DNA from: Selaginella moellendorffii
Taxonomy: Eukaryota > Plantae > Lycopodiophyta
Assembly (NCBI RefSeq): GCF_000143415.4
Contig: NW_003314341.1
Span: 457,137 to 521,136, forward strand
Direction: 5' to 3'
DNA length: 64,000 nucleotides
Shown: in pieces, positions 28,801 to 41,873 of the stretch
Numbering within the stretch: the first letter of the stretch is position 1
Layout: each line of letters opens with the position of its first letter
The notes under the pieces: model-generated
The model's database searches: none
What the model saw: only the letters and a program-made list of their open reading frames with translations
What the model was told of the DNA's origin: nothing
Program-made: the position numbers and the translations under genes

Positions 28801-31225
28801 GTCCCCATCTCATTCACCACATCTTTGGTGCCTTTTACACCAAAGTGTTCAAGTTAGATATGCCGAGCTTTCACTCTAAGCAATCTAACCGTGCATCATG
28901 ACTCTGGGGCATCCCCCGTTTGGCGGTGTGCCCAAGCCAATCTCCTAATTGAGAATCCATGACCACCGAAATATAAGTGTCTTCATATTCCAAACCATCA
29001 CCACGCTCTAGTGATTTGGGACTTGAACCCAAGCACTAAAGGGTCGGGACTCAAACCCAACCTTCATATATACACCTACGGACGGCATCACCCTAGATGC
29101 CTAGCGTGACTCCCCACGCCGGTGCACCAACTTATACTTAAGGTGCACTATAGATCACAGCTTAAGAATTTAATTCCTTCGCACTACCAAGTCCTCTCAT
29201 TTGACAAGTTTGTGATCATGCATGGACTCCTCCATACTTGGCCCCATAGGCCACCCCTTTTGAAGATAGCACCTTCAAGTAGGGGATTCATTCCCCTGAC
29301 TTGCCACTCTCGCTTAGCAAGTCATCCGACCAATGTAACATGGTTTTATACATAAGCGTGATAGTCCTTGACCATCGACTTTTGTTCAAAGTCATCCCTT
29401 TGAACACTTGGGAACTACTTCCCCAACCTTGATAGCATTACCTTATGGCAAGCCTCAAGACCACGTTTTTGTTGTGCCACTCTGATTTCGCGCATTCTAT
29501 AAACCATTTACACTTGGCTTTCTAGGTACTACGTTACCTAGAATTGTCTTTGGGAACCTTGAAGGAACTCTGTCCCTTAGCTTGCTAAGACCTCTCCTTT
29601 CGCAAGCTTTCTAATTGCCATATGGTCTAGCATGGACAATTCCATGCTTTAGACTCTTCATGGCACCATGGTTGCTAATAACAACATGCTTGAGCGCCCA
29701 CTTGATTGTCCACTCCCAACTGACATAACCACCCTTGGTTATGCCCTTCGATTCCTATGGTTTGGTTTTATCCTCTTACTACTTATTTTTAGCCTCACAC
29801 ATTTCTTTCGGTTATTCACCTCTAAACTAGGAGGATAGCTTTGCACTTTCTACCATGCCTTAGCAAGTATTCTTGGGGATGAACCTACTCGATAGTTTAG
29901 GGAGTGCTTCATCAATTCGGGTATGCTCACCTTATAATCCCACACACTGGGATTAATGTTGCTACTTATAACCCTTTATATACCCATCACTAACCTTACC
30001 AAAATCCCATTTTTAGCTTTATCTAATTCGGGTAGACAGACTTTTCCCGTCTCTACAACCTTGAACCTTTGGATAGCACCTTCTATCTAGGGACTTAGTC
30101 CCTTGGGCCTTCTTTATTGCCCTCACAACACCAAACACCATTTTCTGGTGTTTTAGAGTGTTTGGGTGTCTCAACAATGGCCTATTTGATAATGAGTATT
30201 CCCTTTATGACATTGACTTACTATATTGCAACATAAGCAATTCATTCTCTATAAGGGTATATCTAACTTCTTTATCCCCATAAGAAGTCTTAGGTAGTTA
30301 CCTTCTACCAGTTTTATCAATTATTTTGCACCTTTTGCTTAGTTGCCTCATAATTGTGAAGTCCTACAACTCATTGCTGGTGTTTCCATACCTCTATCAT
30401 GGTTTGGGTCACCACACTCTACCACATGCCTTCCAGTTTAGGCTATGCCATTCCCATTTCCATTAGGATTCCCTTGGCAAGGGGTTCTTTTGAACCCATC
30501 AACATAACCTTAAAGTATCACACCTTGGCACATTTGGTGTCTCCACACTATTGGCTCCACAAGTCTACCTTTATGACACTTGCAGTTGTGTCTAGGTCTT
30601 TTGCCAAGACCAACACAGTCATTTCTCATGCCAACTATCCATTAGCACTTCACCACAATATTCTCACACAATTCTGTATCAAAGTTGCTTTTTTATGGGA
30701 ACACCTTTCCCACGACTTTAATATGGCACATTCTACCACCCATGAGATACCCACTGTTCTCATACTTGGATTTTATGATCCTCCCCATCCTTCCGTGGGG
30801 CACAACGCACCTCAGTTCAAATGCTTCCATCAATCCTTTAGGACCATTTCTTAACTCCACTCAAGTTATTCAGCTTTTTGGACTTTTTCTAATCTTCTGA
30901 CTTATAAGGTCTTACTTTTGAGGTGCTAGCTCATTGGAATACAACTTCTTGTATTCATGTCCTACTCACTAGGACCATCATTATAAGTGTTATTCTAACA
31001 CTTGACTATTTTTTGTTCCTTGTGGGTTACCTTCTCCCGTTAGGATTATCTCTCCATATGATGAGAATATCGATTCATCCTCTAAGCACACCCCCAACTC
31101 CTGGGGTTGTTTCAGCATTTATTCAAGATAGCCCCGGCTACCATTTCAAGGACTTATGTCCTCATCCGTTGGAAAACTACAAAATCACCTCTACAATGAT
31201 CTTGTGAATCCTCTCTAATCTAAAC
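25810..31225 (-). mobile_element. Family A non-autonomous LTR element, older truncated copy (3' LTR ~25810-27335 plus decayed internal region)
   Basis: Reverse-complement homology to 33902-41873. LTR terminus ...TGTGTCTTACA at 27335 is next to the PPT (ATTCCACCACCTATAGAC on the + strand). Degenerate GACTCG/CCATCTCGGACT repeats at 26660-27220. Confidence 0.88.
28067..28261 (+). mobile_element. Solo LTR with 5S rRNA-like core (Cassandra-like TRIM)
   Basis: TGTA...TACA termini; 5-bp TSD TTATC (28062-66 and 28262-66). 28189-28243 GTTAAGCGTCCTTGGGTTTGAATAGTACTCAGCTGGGTGACCTCCCAGGAAGTCC aligns to plant 5S rRNA GTTAAGCGTGCTTGGGCGAGAGTAGTACTAGGATGGGTGACCTCCTGGGAAGTCC. Host family-A sequence resumes after the TSD. 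Confidence 0.85.
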
Positions 31226-31569
31226 TAGATCCAAACATAAAAAGGAAAGAAATACTTAGCCATGTGCTGTTGCAAAGATGTTGATGTTGAGATTGATGCA
31301 CATCTCACAACCTTGATCCCCAGAAGGTAGTGAGTAAGATAGGCATGGAAGAGAAGAGTAGATGTTGAGCAAGTGGAGTGTATGTTATTATGGCCAAGGA
31401 TATAAAAGATAGAAAGGGGATAGGTCTGGTGTGCTATCACCAACCTATATAACCACTACATGCCCAGTAATCCAAGTCAAGAATTTAGACCGGGAGAAAT
31501 CCTGATCTCAATTCCTGACTCAGGAAATGCCTTTGTGTGAAAGTCATGATGCAAAATGCATGTACCTCT

Positions 31570-33325
31570 CTACTCTCCGACGACTAGAGTTGAGCAGCTC
31601 CTGCAGCTCAAGCTTCCATTGTAGTGGTGGTAGCAGTTGTGGTGTTAGCCTCTGGTTCTTCCTCGTAGTCCTCGAGCTCGTCACGAGTGTAGTTCTTTAT
31701 GGTAGTCTCGAGCACCTGTAGGCGGGCCTTGAGCTCCATGTTCTCTTTGGTGAGGCGGGCATTCTCGAGTTGGTACTACTGCGCTAACTTGAAAAATTCT
31801 TGGCAGGTGTTTGGTGTTGGGAGTCCGTGAGCCTGTATAGTGCGAAGGATTCCCTTTACCTAATTGAGTTCCTGAGCCATGCTCGCCATTTTCTCCTCTT
31901 GTGGGCGTGCAAAAACATTACGGAAGAAGCTCTCCATTCCGTCCCGTGTGTACACCACCATGTTGGAATTATGGTACTGCTCCAAGAAGTTTGTAGGCAT
32001 GGGATGGATCACTTTTGGTTGCTGCTGGTCCTGATGATGATGCTCCTGCTGCTCCGAATTGTAGTGGTGGCACTTGTTGTTCACGCGCTCGTGATGAAAT
32101 TGGTGTTGCATTGTTGAATGAGGCGGCTGCATGTTGTCGGTAGTGGTGTCTGGAGCAAATATCTAGTGCGGCTCAGCTGGCTGCTGTAGCTTGGTTGGCT
32201 GCTGCGGCAAAGATGGTTACTCAGCAGGCTGTGGCAACGAATGTTGGTGCTGCTCGACGGGCTGCAATGGTGGAGACTGCTGCTCGACAGGCTGCAATGG
32301 TGGAGGCTGCTACTGAGGCTGGTGTTGCTCGGCGGTCTGCTCCGTGGGTGGTTCGTAAAAAGTGTTGTGCCCCTGCTCAACGGATGGTGGATTTGTAACC
32401 ATCTCAGGATTTTCAAGAATATCCTGCTTCAGCGAAATGTGATCGTCCACTGGAATTGTTGTACTTGGAGACAGAGGTTGTGCTGGTTCTTGCGGTGGTG
32501 ATGATGGCAATTCCGGCTGCGGTGAGCTAGGAGGCTGCAAGCTCCTCGTTGATAGCTGTGTAGGTGCCAAACTCTGCTGTCGTTTTGTTTTGGATCTAGA
32601 AGTTCTTGTTGGTTGTTGTCGTCTTGGCACCGTGTGCTGGATTATTTGCACATCACTATCGTCACTATCAGTCTGTGGAGGCACAACATTTCTTGGACCT
32701 TGTCCCCGTATCTTTCCTCGTGGAGTTGCTACTGTCTTTCACTGGACCTTTTTCTTCTCGGTATTCATCATGTGTTCTTTAGCTTGGCGCTTTGAAATTT
32801 TTGTGGCTTCATGCTGTGGAGGCAGTGGTGGTGGACTGTAGATCACCATGGCTTGACTTCTATGCATGATGATGGCTCGGACATACGGTAGTACCAGTGT
32901 CCTCAAACATTTCTTCGCGTTGAGTTCTCTTGCCACCTTCTTAAGGTCCCTATGAAACTTCGGGATCACATATCCTGCTAAATCCACTTTCTTCCCAGCT
33001 TGAAAATCCTCGTAAATGAAGGCCACGGATCTGCTCACTATTGTGGCAGTCTTCCAAAATTTCAGGTTGAGAACAAGGAACTTGGAGATTTTGTAGAGCT
33101 CGTCCTTGACGTTGGAGAATTGCAAACTAAACGCCAAGTTGTAGCTCTCAGGATCTTTCATGATGTCGTGACTTAAAGCCCGTGTGCATGGAGCAGAGAC
33201 TGGCTTGCCTTCGTCTGGGAGACATAGAGCTGTTGCCACCTCCGAATCTTCAAGCTCAACCTGGCCGGTGGCGAGATCCATCAAGTGAGCCTTCTCATTG
33301 CTCACTGGACCCATGAGATATCCTG
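31570..33325 (-). pseudogene. Broken TE-associated ORF (plant mobile domain / Transposase_32-like, followed by P/Q/S-rich and coiled-coil region)
   Basis: VELEDSEVATALCLPDEG and GKKVDLAGYVIPKFHRDL resemble accessory ORFs of plant retro/transposons. Continues through stops and frameshifts into low-complexity ORFs 32684-31860. The 5' part is replaced by family A sequence near 33326. Confidence 0.4.
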
Positions 33326-33901
33326 CCAAGGACGTGGTGAATGAGATGGGGACACCCAGTCTCAATTGCTATGGACCCTTGGCCGGAAGGGCTGGCTTGG
33401 GTGCACCGCCAACTGTGGGGGATGCCCCCGGGGTCGTAGTTAACAAATTAAAGGTCTGGAAGACCTAGTACCTATTGGCAAACTTGTTAAGGTGCCGAGG
33501 TGAGATCACTAGGTGATCTTGTGGCTAAATAAGGACAATGTCCTTGTTTGGGCTAAGGAATAAAGTTTCTAGTTTAAAGTGTTGATTTGAACTATTGATG
33601 ATGGTGTGGCTTGGTCAAGGTGACCAAGTGGGAAAAGCCCCTTAGGGAAATGAGCTATGTCATTGCGATGGCATAGTGTGTCCAAAGATGGATTCCGAAT
33701 TGCTCCGATTTGGCGAAAGTGGAAGCTCCAAGGGAGGGAGCGGTAAGGTAGCCAAATGATGGGGCCATGGACAGCCCTAGCACAAAGTATGATAAATGGA
33801 ACTTAGTGCCCAAGGTGGCACGAAATAGAAGAGAGGATGATGGTGCCCTCAAGTAAAGAACTTCCTAGGATGGGAAGTGGAGTTGCACAATATGTGCAAT
33901 G

Positions 33902-36900
33902 TGTGAGACACAAAATCCCTAGGCCCCAAAGTGGAGCTGGAAATGGTGCCACGTGGTAGTGGCCGAAGTGAAAGCCAAACGAGCGTAACACATTTGGACT
34001 AAAAGCTCCGACTTGAAAGGTCGAGAGTGGGAGTGGAACTCCCAACAAAGTGCTCGAGGAACAAGCACGAACCGAGCAATAAGCGAGGCTCCAAAAAGGG
34101 ACCCAAAAAGGACCAACACATGACACGTGGAAGTGTCTGAGATGGAGTCCGAGACGGACCCTAGTTGGAGTCCAAGATGGACCCGAAGTGGAGTCCGATA
34201 TGGAGTCTGAAGTGGAGTCCGAGATGGAGTCCGAAGTGGAGTCCGAGATGGAGTCCGATATGGAGTCCGAGGTGGACCCGAAGTGGAGTCCGAGATGGAG
34301 TCCGATATGGAGTCCGAGATGGACCTGAAGTGGAGTCCGAGGTGGACCGAGACGGAGTCCGAGATGGACCTGAGATGGAGTCCGAGATGGACCCGAGATG
34401 GAGTCCGAGATGGAGTCCGAGGTGGACCGAGACAGAGCCCGAGATGGAGTCCGAGATGGACCGAGACGGAGCCCGAGATGGAGTCCGAGAAGGACCCGAG
34501 ATGGAGTCCGAGGTCGAGACCGAGACCGGGTCCGAGACCGAGACCGAGACAGAGACCGGGACCGAGACCGAGACCGAGGCCAAGGCTGAGACCGAGCCCG
34601 AGCCCGAGTCCGAGTCCGAGTCCGAGTCCGAGTCCGAGTCCGAGTCCGAGTCCGAGTCCGAGTCCGAGTCCGAGTCCGAGTCCGAGTCCGAGTCCGAGTC
34701 CGAGTCCGAGTCCGAGTCCGAGTCCGAGTCCGAGTCCGAGTCCGAGTCCGAGTCCGAGTCCGAGTCCGAGTCCGAGTCCGAGTCCGAGTCCGAGTCCGAG
34801 TCCGAGTCCGAGTCCGAGTCCGAGTCCGAGTCCGAGTCCGAGTCCGAGTCCGAGTCCGAGTCCGAGTCCGAGTCCGAGTCCGAGTCCGAGTCCGAGTCCG
34901 AGTCCGAGTCCGAGTCCGAGTTCGAGTTCGAGTCTGAGAGGGTGAAAGCCCAAAGCGTTCGTCTCCCAGACCCTGGGGGGTTTGGTGAGCTCCAAAAGTA
35001 TAGTAAGGGGGAGGACTGTAGTGGAGCCAATTTGGCCAGGAAAGGCCAGTTTGGCCCAGGAAGGCCAGACACAGTGTTGGGTGATGAACTGACCACTGGG
35101 AAGTCCAAGACTAGAGTGAATATGGACCGACAAGCGGGGTAGCTTGGTGAAGTGTTCAAGAGCCGGCTCTAGTTCCCCCGGGAGATCGACTAGCCGATGC
35201 TCCCAGTCCAAGTGTGGGTGGCACTACCTACTTGGATACCAGGCGTGGCTCAACGGAACCTCGCTCTAAGCCCATGGCTAGAGCACCTAAAGGCGATAGG
35301 TGGGGAGAGTACCCAGGTGGCTCACGTAAGGCCACGGTGTTCCGAAATGTTGTCCCAAAGGCCTAGACTGTGGAAAGGAAGAGGAGCAGTCCTCTGGAGT
35401 AGTGACCAAGGACACAGTCGTGTGGTGAGGAAGTCCCAGAGGACCGTGGGACTTAGTGGTCGGGCCTGTGGGCCTTGATTCAGTGGTAGTGTGGGTGAAC
35501 ACGGCCATGGGCAGAAAGGGACTTAGTGGGGACCAAAAAAGAGATATTGGGGAAAGCTATTCCCCATGTCTGTGGGCATCCTAAGGATGCTAAGGAGTGG
35601 ATCTGGAATAATCACTCATGGACGGATGGTCCAATCCTTGAGAGACGGGACTGTGATGCAGGTGGTGTTAGACCATCGGTATGACCAAGGTAAAGGGGCA
35701 TGGCCTTAGCGTAACGGGCTAGTATGTCGGTGGTACCTTGGGGTGTCGGTCTTGGGACCGGACACGTGGAGCACCTGGACTAAGAGCAAGGGATGAGTGG
35801 CATGGATGCCATTCTCGGGGCTAGCAAGTCCCAAGTCCTGAATTGGACTTAAGGAGGTTGTGAGTGAGACTCCTCCAAATGGTCGAAGGTGTGGTTAAGT
35901 GACTAAGGTAAAATGGAAAAATTAGTCGCTTACAACTTGGTATCAGAGCGATTCCTTAGCCCGACTCTTATTGGTGGCCAAGTATACCACCACTTGTATT
36001 GGAATTGGAAGGTCCTAGATATGGACCTATCCTTGAGGAGTAGCATGTCGAGAGGACATGGCTCTCCACTCAAGTTCATGCGTGAACTTGTGCACGATAT
36101 GGTGGATAGAAAAGGGGCCAGTAAGGGAACGACTTTGGGATCTTGGGAACAATATAAGGGTTTCCTCAGAGAGCTGAGGACGTGTTCCAGATGAGCGTTT
36201 GACGCAGCAAACAAGCTAATGTAGTTGTGGTAAACAACTATAGTTGGGTTCACAGGAAAGATGCAGACTCCAAAACAATAAAGGAGTCACAAGATTACCC
36301 TTATATGGTTGAAGCTGGTACTCATAAATTTGAGACCGGAATTGTTGACCGTGGAAGGTCAAATACAAAAGAGGACACAAGTCCTCGAAATGGTAGCCGA
36401 GGCTACCTCAAATAAATGCTAGAACAACCCAAGGAGTGGGGGTGTACTCAGAGGATGAGTTGGTATTCTCATCACATGGACAAGTGGTCCTAAGGGGCAA
36501 AAGGTTGCCCCAAGAGAACAAATCAAGTGTCGAAGTAACACTTGCAAAGATGGTCCTTGTGAGTAGGACCTGAATACAAGAAGTTGTATTCCAGTGAGCT
36601 AGCACCTCAAAAATAAGACCTTATGGGTCATTGGATTAGCAAAAGTCCAAAATGCTGGATGACTCAAGTGGAGTCAGGGAATGGTCTTAAGGGATTGGTT
36701 GAGGCATTTGGACTGAGGTGTATAGTGCCCCATGAGGTATGGGGAGGATCATAAGATCCAAGTATGAGAACAGTAGGTATTTCATTGATGGCAGAATGTG
36801 CCATACTAAAGTTGTGGAAAAGATATTCCCAGAAGAAAGCAACTTTGGCCCAGATTTGGGTGCAAACTCTATGGTGTGGTGCTAACGGATAGTTAGCATG

Positions 36901-39900
36901 AGGAACAATTATATTAGTCTTGGAAAAGACCTAGACACTAGTAAGGAGTGTCATAAGGATAGGCTCGTGGGGCCAATGGTGTGGAGACACCAAATGTGCC
37001 AAGGTGTGATACCTTGAGGTTATGATGGTGGGTTCCTAAGAACCCCTTGCCAAGGGAATCCCAACGGAAGTGGGAATGGCAAGGCCTAAGCTGGAAGGCA
37101 TGCGGTTAGAGTGTGGTGACCCAGATAATGATGGAGGTGTGGAAGCACTAGCAATGAGTTGTAGGACTTGACAACTATGAGACAACTAAGTGAGAGGTGC
37201 AAGATAATTGGTTAAACGGGTAGAAGGTAGCTACCCAAGCCTTCTTAATGGCATAAGGAAGTTGGATATACCCTTACGGGGGATAAGTTGCTTATGTTGT
37301 GATATAGTAAGTCAATGTCATGAAAGGAAATACTCATTGTCAAGGAAGCCGTCATTGGGACACCCGAACACTCTAGAACACCAGGAGGTGGTGTTTGATG
37401 TCGCGAGGGCAATAGATAAGGCCCAAGGGACTAAGTCTCTAGCGAATGATGGATAGAAGGTGCTATCCAAATGTCCAAGGTGGCAGAGACAGGAGAAGAC
37501 TGTTTACTCGAATTGGACAAAGCCAAAAATGGAATTTTGGCAAGGCTAGCGATGGGCATGTAAAGGCCCATAAGCAACAACATAATCTCGGTGTGTGGGA
37601 TTATAGGGTGAGCATACCTGGATTGAGGAACCACTCCCTAGGCTATCGGGTAGGTTCATCCCTAAGAATACTTGCTAAGGCATGATAGAAAGTGCAAAGC
37701 TATCCTCCTGGTCTGGAGGAGAATGACCGAAGGAAAGGTGTGAAGCCAAAAGCAAGAAGTAAGGGGGTAGAATCGAACCATAGGAATCGAAGGGCATAAC
37801 CAAGGTTGGTTATGCCAGCTGGGAGTGGAGAATTAAGTGGGGGACTCAAGGGTGTTGCCGCTAGCAACCGTGATGCCATGGAGAGTCTAAAATATGGAAT
37901 TGTCCATGTTAGACTATATGGTAATTGGAAAGTTTGCAAAAAGGGAGGCCTTAGCAAGCTAAGGGACAAAGTTCCTTCAAGGTTCCCAAAGATGGTTCTA
38001 GGTAGCTTAGTACCTAGAAAGGCCAAGCGTAAATGGTTCAAAGCACGCGCGAAATCAGAGTGGCGCAGCAGAAGTGTGGTCTTGAAGCTTGCCATGAGGC
38101 AAGGCTATCAAGGTTAGGGAAGTAGTTCCCGAGTGTTCAAAGAGAGGGCTTTGAATGAAAGTCGATGATCAAGGGCTTTCACGCTTGTGCAGGAACCATG
38201 TTACAGTGGTCGGAGGGCTTGCCAAAGCGAGATTGGCAAGTCAAGGGAACAAATACCCTAGTTGAAGGTGATAACTTCAAGAGGGGTGGGCCATGGGGCC
38301 AAGCATGGAGGAGTCCATGCATGATCACAGACTTGTCAAGTGAGAGGACTTGGCAGTGTGGAGGAACTAGGTTCCTAAGCGGTGATCTGTAGCGCGCTTT
38401 GAGTATAAGTTGGTGCACCGGCGTGGGGAGTCACGCCAGGCATCCTGGGTGATGCCGTCCGTAGATGCATATACGGAGGTTGGGTTCGAGTCCCGACCCT
38501 CTAATGCTTGGGTTCGAGTCCCAACTCACTAGGGCGTGGTGATGGTTTGGAATATGAGGATACTCATTTTTCGGTGGTCATGGACTCTCAGTGTGGAGAC
38601 TGGTTTGGGCACACCGCCAAGCGAGGGATGCCTCGGAGTCGTGATGCACGGTTAGATTGCTTAGTGTGGCTCAGCATATCTAACTTGAACACTTTGGTGC
38701 CAGTGGCACCAAGGACGTGGTGAATGAGATGGGGACACCCAGTCTCAGTTGCTATGGACCATTGGCCGGAAGGGCTGGCTTGGGCGCACCGCCAAGTGTG
38801 GGGGATGCCCCTGGGGTCGTAGTTAACAAGTTAAAGGTCTGGAAGACCTAGTACCTATTGGCAAACCAGTTAAGGTGCCGAGGTGAGATCACTAGGTGAT
38901 CTTGTGGCTAAATAAGGACAAAGTCCTTGTTTGGGTTAAGGAATAAGGTCCCTAGTCCAAAGTGTTAATTTGATCTATTGATGATGGTGTGGCTTGGTCA
39001 AGCTGACCAAGTGGGAAAAGCACCTTAGGGAAATGAGCTATATCATTGTGATGGCATAGTGTGTCCAAGGAAAATAGTCTCTATAAGAGACCCATGGGAG
39101 GGTCATGAAGTTGGGCCGTGGATAGAGCCCATAGCAGAAAATGCTAAAGAGACTTACTAGGGGTGAACACCCTAGTCTTGGCAAAGCAGAGCCTTTGCTA
39201 TGGAATCAAAAGAATACCTCAAGGAGGGACATAAAGATTCAGTGTTGCTTGGCGCAACAATCAATGAATAGGAGCAAAAGATGAGTGGCCAAGATAGGGC
39301 CGTGGAATCCATTGGAAAGAATCCAAGTGGCAAAGTTAGCCAAGGAACACTAATGTGTTTGATGCTAACGGATTGCGGAAAAAGAAGTGGACTTCCAAGG
39401 ATGGATTCCCGAGTGCTCCAATTTGGCAAAGGAAAGGCTCCAAGTGAGGGAGCAACTAAGGAGCCAAAAGATAGGGCCGTGGACAGCCCTAGCACAAATA
39501 ATGATAAATGGAATGTAATGCCAATGGTGGCACAAAAATAGAAAAGAGGATGAGGGTGCCCTCAAGTAGAGAACTTCCTAGGAGGGGAAGTGGAGTTGCA
39601 TAAAAGGTGCAAGGCAAGGTGTCGGAGACACCTAGGAAATTGACTTCAAGAAGTCAAAAGTAAACGTTCCAAAGTGCAAAGGTAGATCAATGGAATTTGT
39701 GACTACTCCAGAATGGGTAGTGGAATTGAGTTAGAGAGGGTGTCTCTAACGGGTTTAGCAAGAACTGAACCAATAAAAAGGAGCAAACCACCCTAGGTGG
39801 TCAAGTGAGTCTCTAAGTTGGAGAGACTATCCTCCTTAGAGGATGGGCAAGGCATGGTGAGCCTTTGGTGTCAAACCATTGACGAATATGGAGAAGGCAT

Positions 39901-41873
39901 GGTGAGCCTTCAATGTCAAACCATTGACAAATATTGGCTAGGTGCCAAGGATGGAAATAGTAACACATGCAGGTGTTACTTTATAAAATGGTTTACCGTT
40001 CGATGAGGACATTGAACTTCGTCTATGGGTAGTGGAGTTGTGAGACACAAAATCCCTAGGCCCCAAAGTGGAGCTGGAAATGGTGCCACGTGGTAGTGGC
40101 CGAAGTGAAAGCCAAACGAGCGTAACACATTTGGACTAAAAGCTCCGACTTGAAAGGTCGAGAGTGGGAGTGGAACTCCTAACAAAGTGCTCGAGGAACA
40201 AGCACGAACCGAGCAATAAGCGAGGCTCCAAAAAGGGACCCAAAAAGGACCAACACATGACACGTGGAAGTGTCTGAGATGGAGTCCGAGACGGACCCTA
40301 GTTGGAGTCCAAGATGGACCCGAAGTGGAGTCCGATATGGAGTCTGAAGTGGAGTCCGAGATGGAGTCCGAAGTGGAGTCCGAGATGGAGTCCGATATGG
40401 AGTCCGAGGTGGACCCGAAGTGGAGTCCAATATGGAGTCCGAAGTGGAGTCCGAGATGGAGTCCGATATGGAGTCCGAGATGGACCTGAAGTGGAGTCCG
40501 AGGTGGACCGAGACGGAGTCCGAGATGGACCCGAGATGGAGTCCGAGATGGAGTCCGAGATGGACCCGAGATGGAGTCCGAGATGGAGTCCGAGGTGGAC
40601 CGAGACGGAGCCCGAGATGGAGTCCGAGATGGACCGAGACGGAGCCCGAGATGGAGTCCGAGAAGGACCCGAGATGGAGTCCGAGGTCGAGACCGAGACC
40701 GGGTCCGAGACCAAGACCGAGACCGAGACCGGGACCGAGACCGAGACCGAGGCCAAGGCTGAGACCGAGCCCGAGCCCGAGTCCGAGTCCGAGTCCGAGT
40801 CCGAGTCCGAGTCCGAGTCCAAGTCCGAGTCCGAGTCCGAGTCCGAGTCCGAGTCCGAGTTCGAGTTCGAGTCTGAGAGGGTGAAAGCCCAAAGCGTTTG
40901 TCTCCCAGACCCTGGGGGGTTTGGTGAGCTCCAAAAGTATAGTAAGGGGGAGGACTGCAGTGGAGCCAGTTTGGCCAGGAAAGGCCAGTTTGGCCCAGGA
41001 AGGCCAGACCCAGTGTTGGGTGATGAACTGACCACTGGGAAGTCCAAGACTAGAGTGAATACGGACCGACAAGCGGGGTAGCTTGGTGAAGTGTTCAAGA
41101 GCCGGCTCTAGTTCCCCCGGGAGATCGACTAGCCGATGCTCCCAGTCCAAGTGTGGGTGGCACTACCTACTTGGATACCAGGCGTGGCTCAATGGAACCT
41201 CGCTCTAAGCCCATGGCTAGAGCACCTAAAGGCGATAGGTGGGGAGAGTACCCAGGTGGCTTGCGTAAGGCCACGGTGTTCCGAAATGTTGTCCCAAAGG
41301 CCTAGACTGTGGAAAGGAAGAGGAGCAGTCCTCTGGAGTAGTGACCAAGGACACAGTCGTGTGGTGAGGAAGTCCCAGAGGACCGTGGGACTTAGTGGTC
41401 GGGCCTGTGGGCCTCGATTCAGTGATAGTGTGGGTGAACACGGCCATGGGCAGAAAGGGACTTAGTGGGGACCAGAAAAGAGATATTGGGGAAAGCTATT
41501 CCCCATGTCTGTGGGCATCCTAAGGATGCTAAGGAGTGGATCTGGAATGATCACTCATGGACGGATGGTCCAGTCCTTGAGAGACGGGACTGTGATGCAG
41601 GTGGTGTTAGACCATCGGTATGACCAAGGTAAAGGGGCATGGCCTTAGCGTAACGGGCTAGTATGTCGGTGGTACCTTGGGGTGTCGGTCTTGGGACCGG
41701 ACACGTGGAGCACCTGGACTAAGAGCAAGGGATGAGTGGCATGGATGCCATTCTCGGGGCTAGCAAGTCCCAAGTCCTGAATTGGACTTAAGGAGGTTGT
41801 GAGTGAGACTCCTCCAAGTGGTCGAAGGTGTGGTTAAGTGACTAAGGTAGAATGGAAAAATTAGTCGCTTACA
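33902..41873 (+). mobile_element. Structurally complete non-autonomous LTR retrotransposon (family A, gypsy-derived)
   Basis: 5' LTR 33902-35934 and 3' LTR 40039-41873, both TGTGAG...CTTACA and nearly identical outside the repeats. PBS TGGTATCAGAGC (tRNA-iMet) at 35938; PPT 40025-40038; TSD CAATG (33897-33901 and 41874-41878). The 4.1-kb internal region has only decayed pol traces. Confidence 0.95.
34140..34935 (+). repeat. LTR U3 repeats: ~12-bp GATGGAGTCCGA array, GAGACC array, then (GAGTCC)52
   Basis: Perfect GAGTCC run at 34606-34917 (312 bp). The equivalent run has 13 units at 40779-40856 and 8 units at 42969-43016. Confidence 0.97.

Noticed and set aside
34140-34600. Regular GATGGAGTCCGA repeats as a possible CRISPR array
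   Set aside because: There are no unique spacers and no cas genes, and the context is a eukaryotic LTR.
33919-35211. Long ORFs with (LG)n, (SD)n, (ES)n and (SP)n repeats, also at 26.5-27.4, 40.2-41.1 and 42.4-45.2 kb; superficially like SD-repeat adhesins
   Set aside because: They are open frames through stop-free hexamer and 12-mer repeats inside LTRs, open on both strands, with no sign of real coding.
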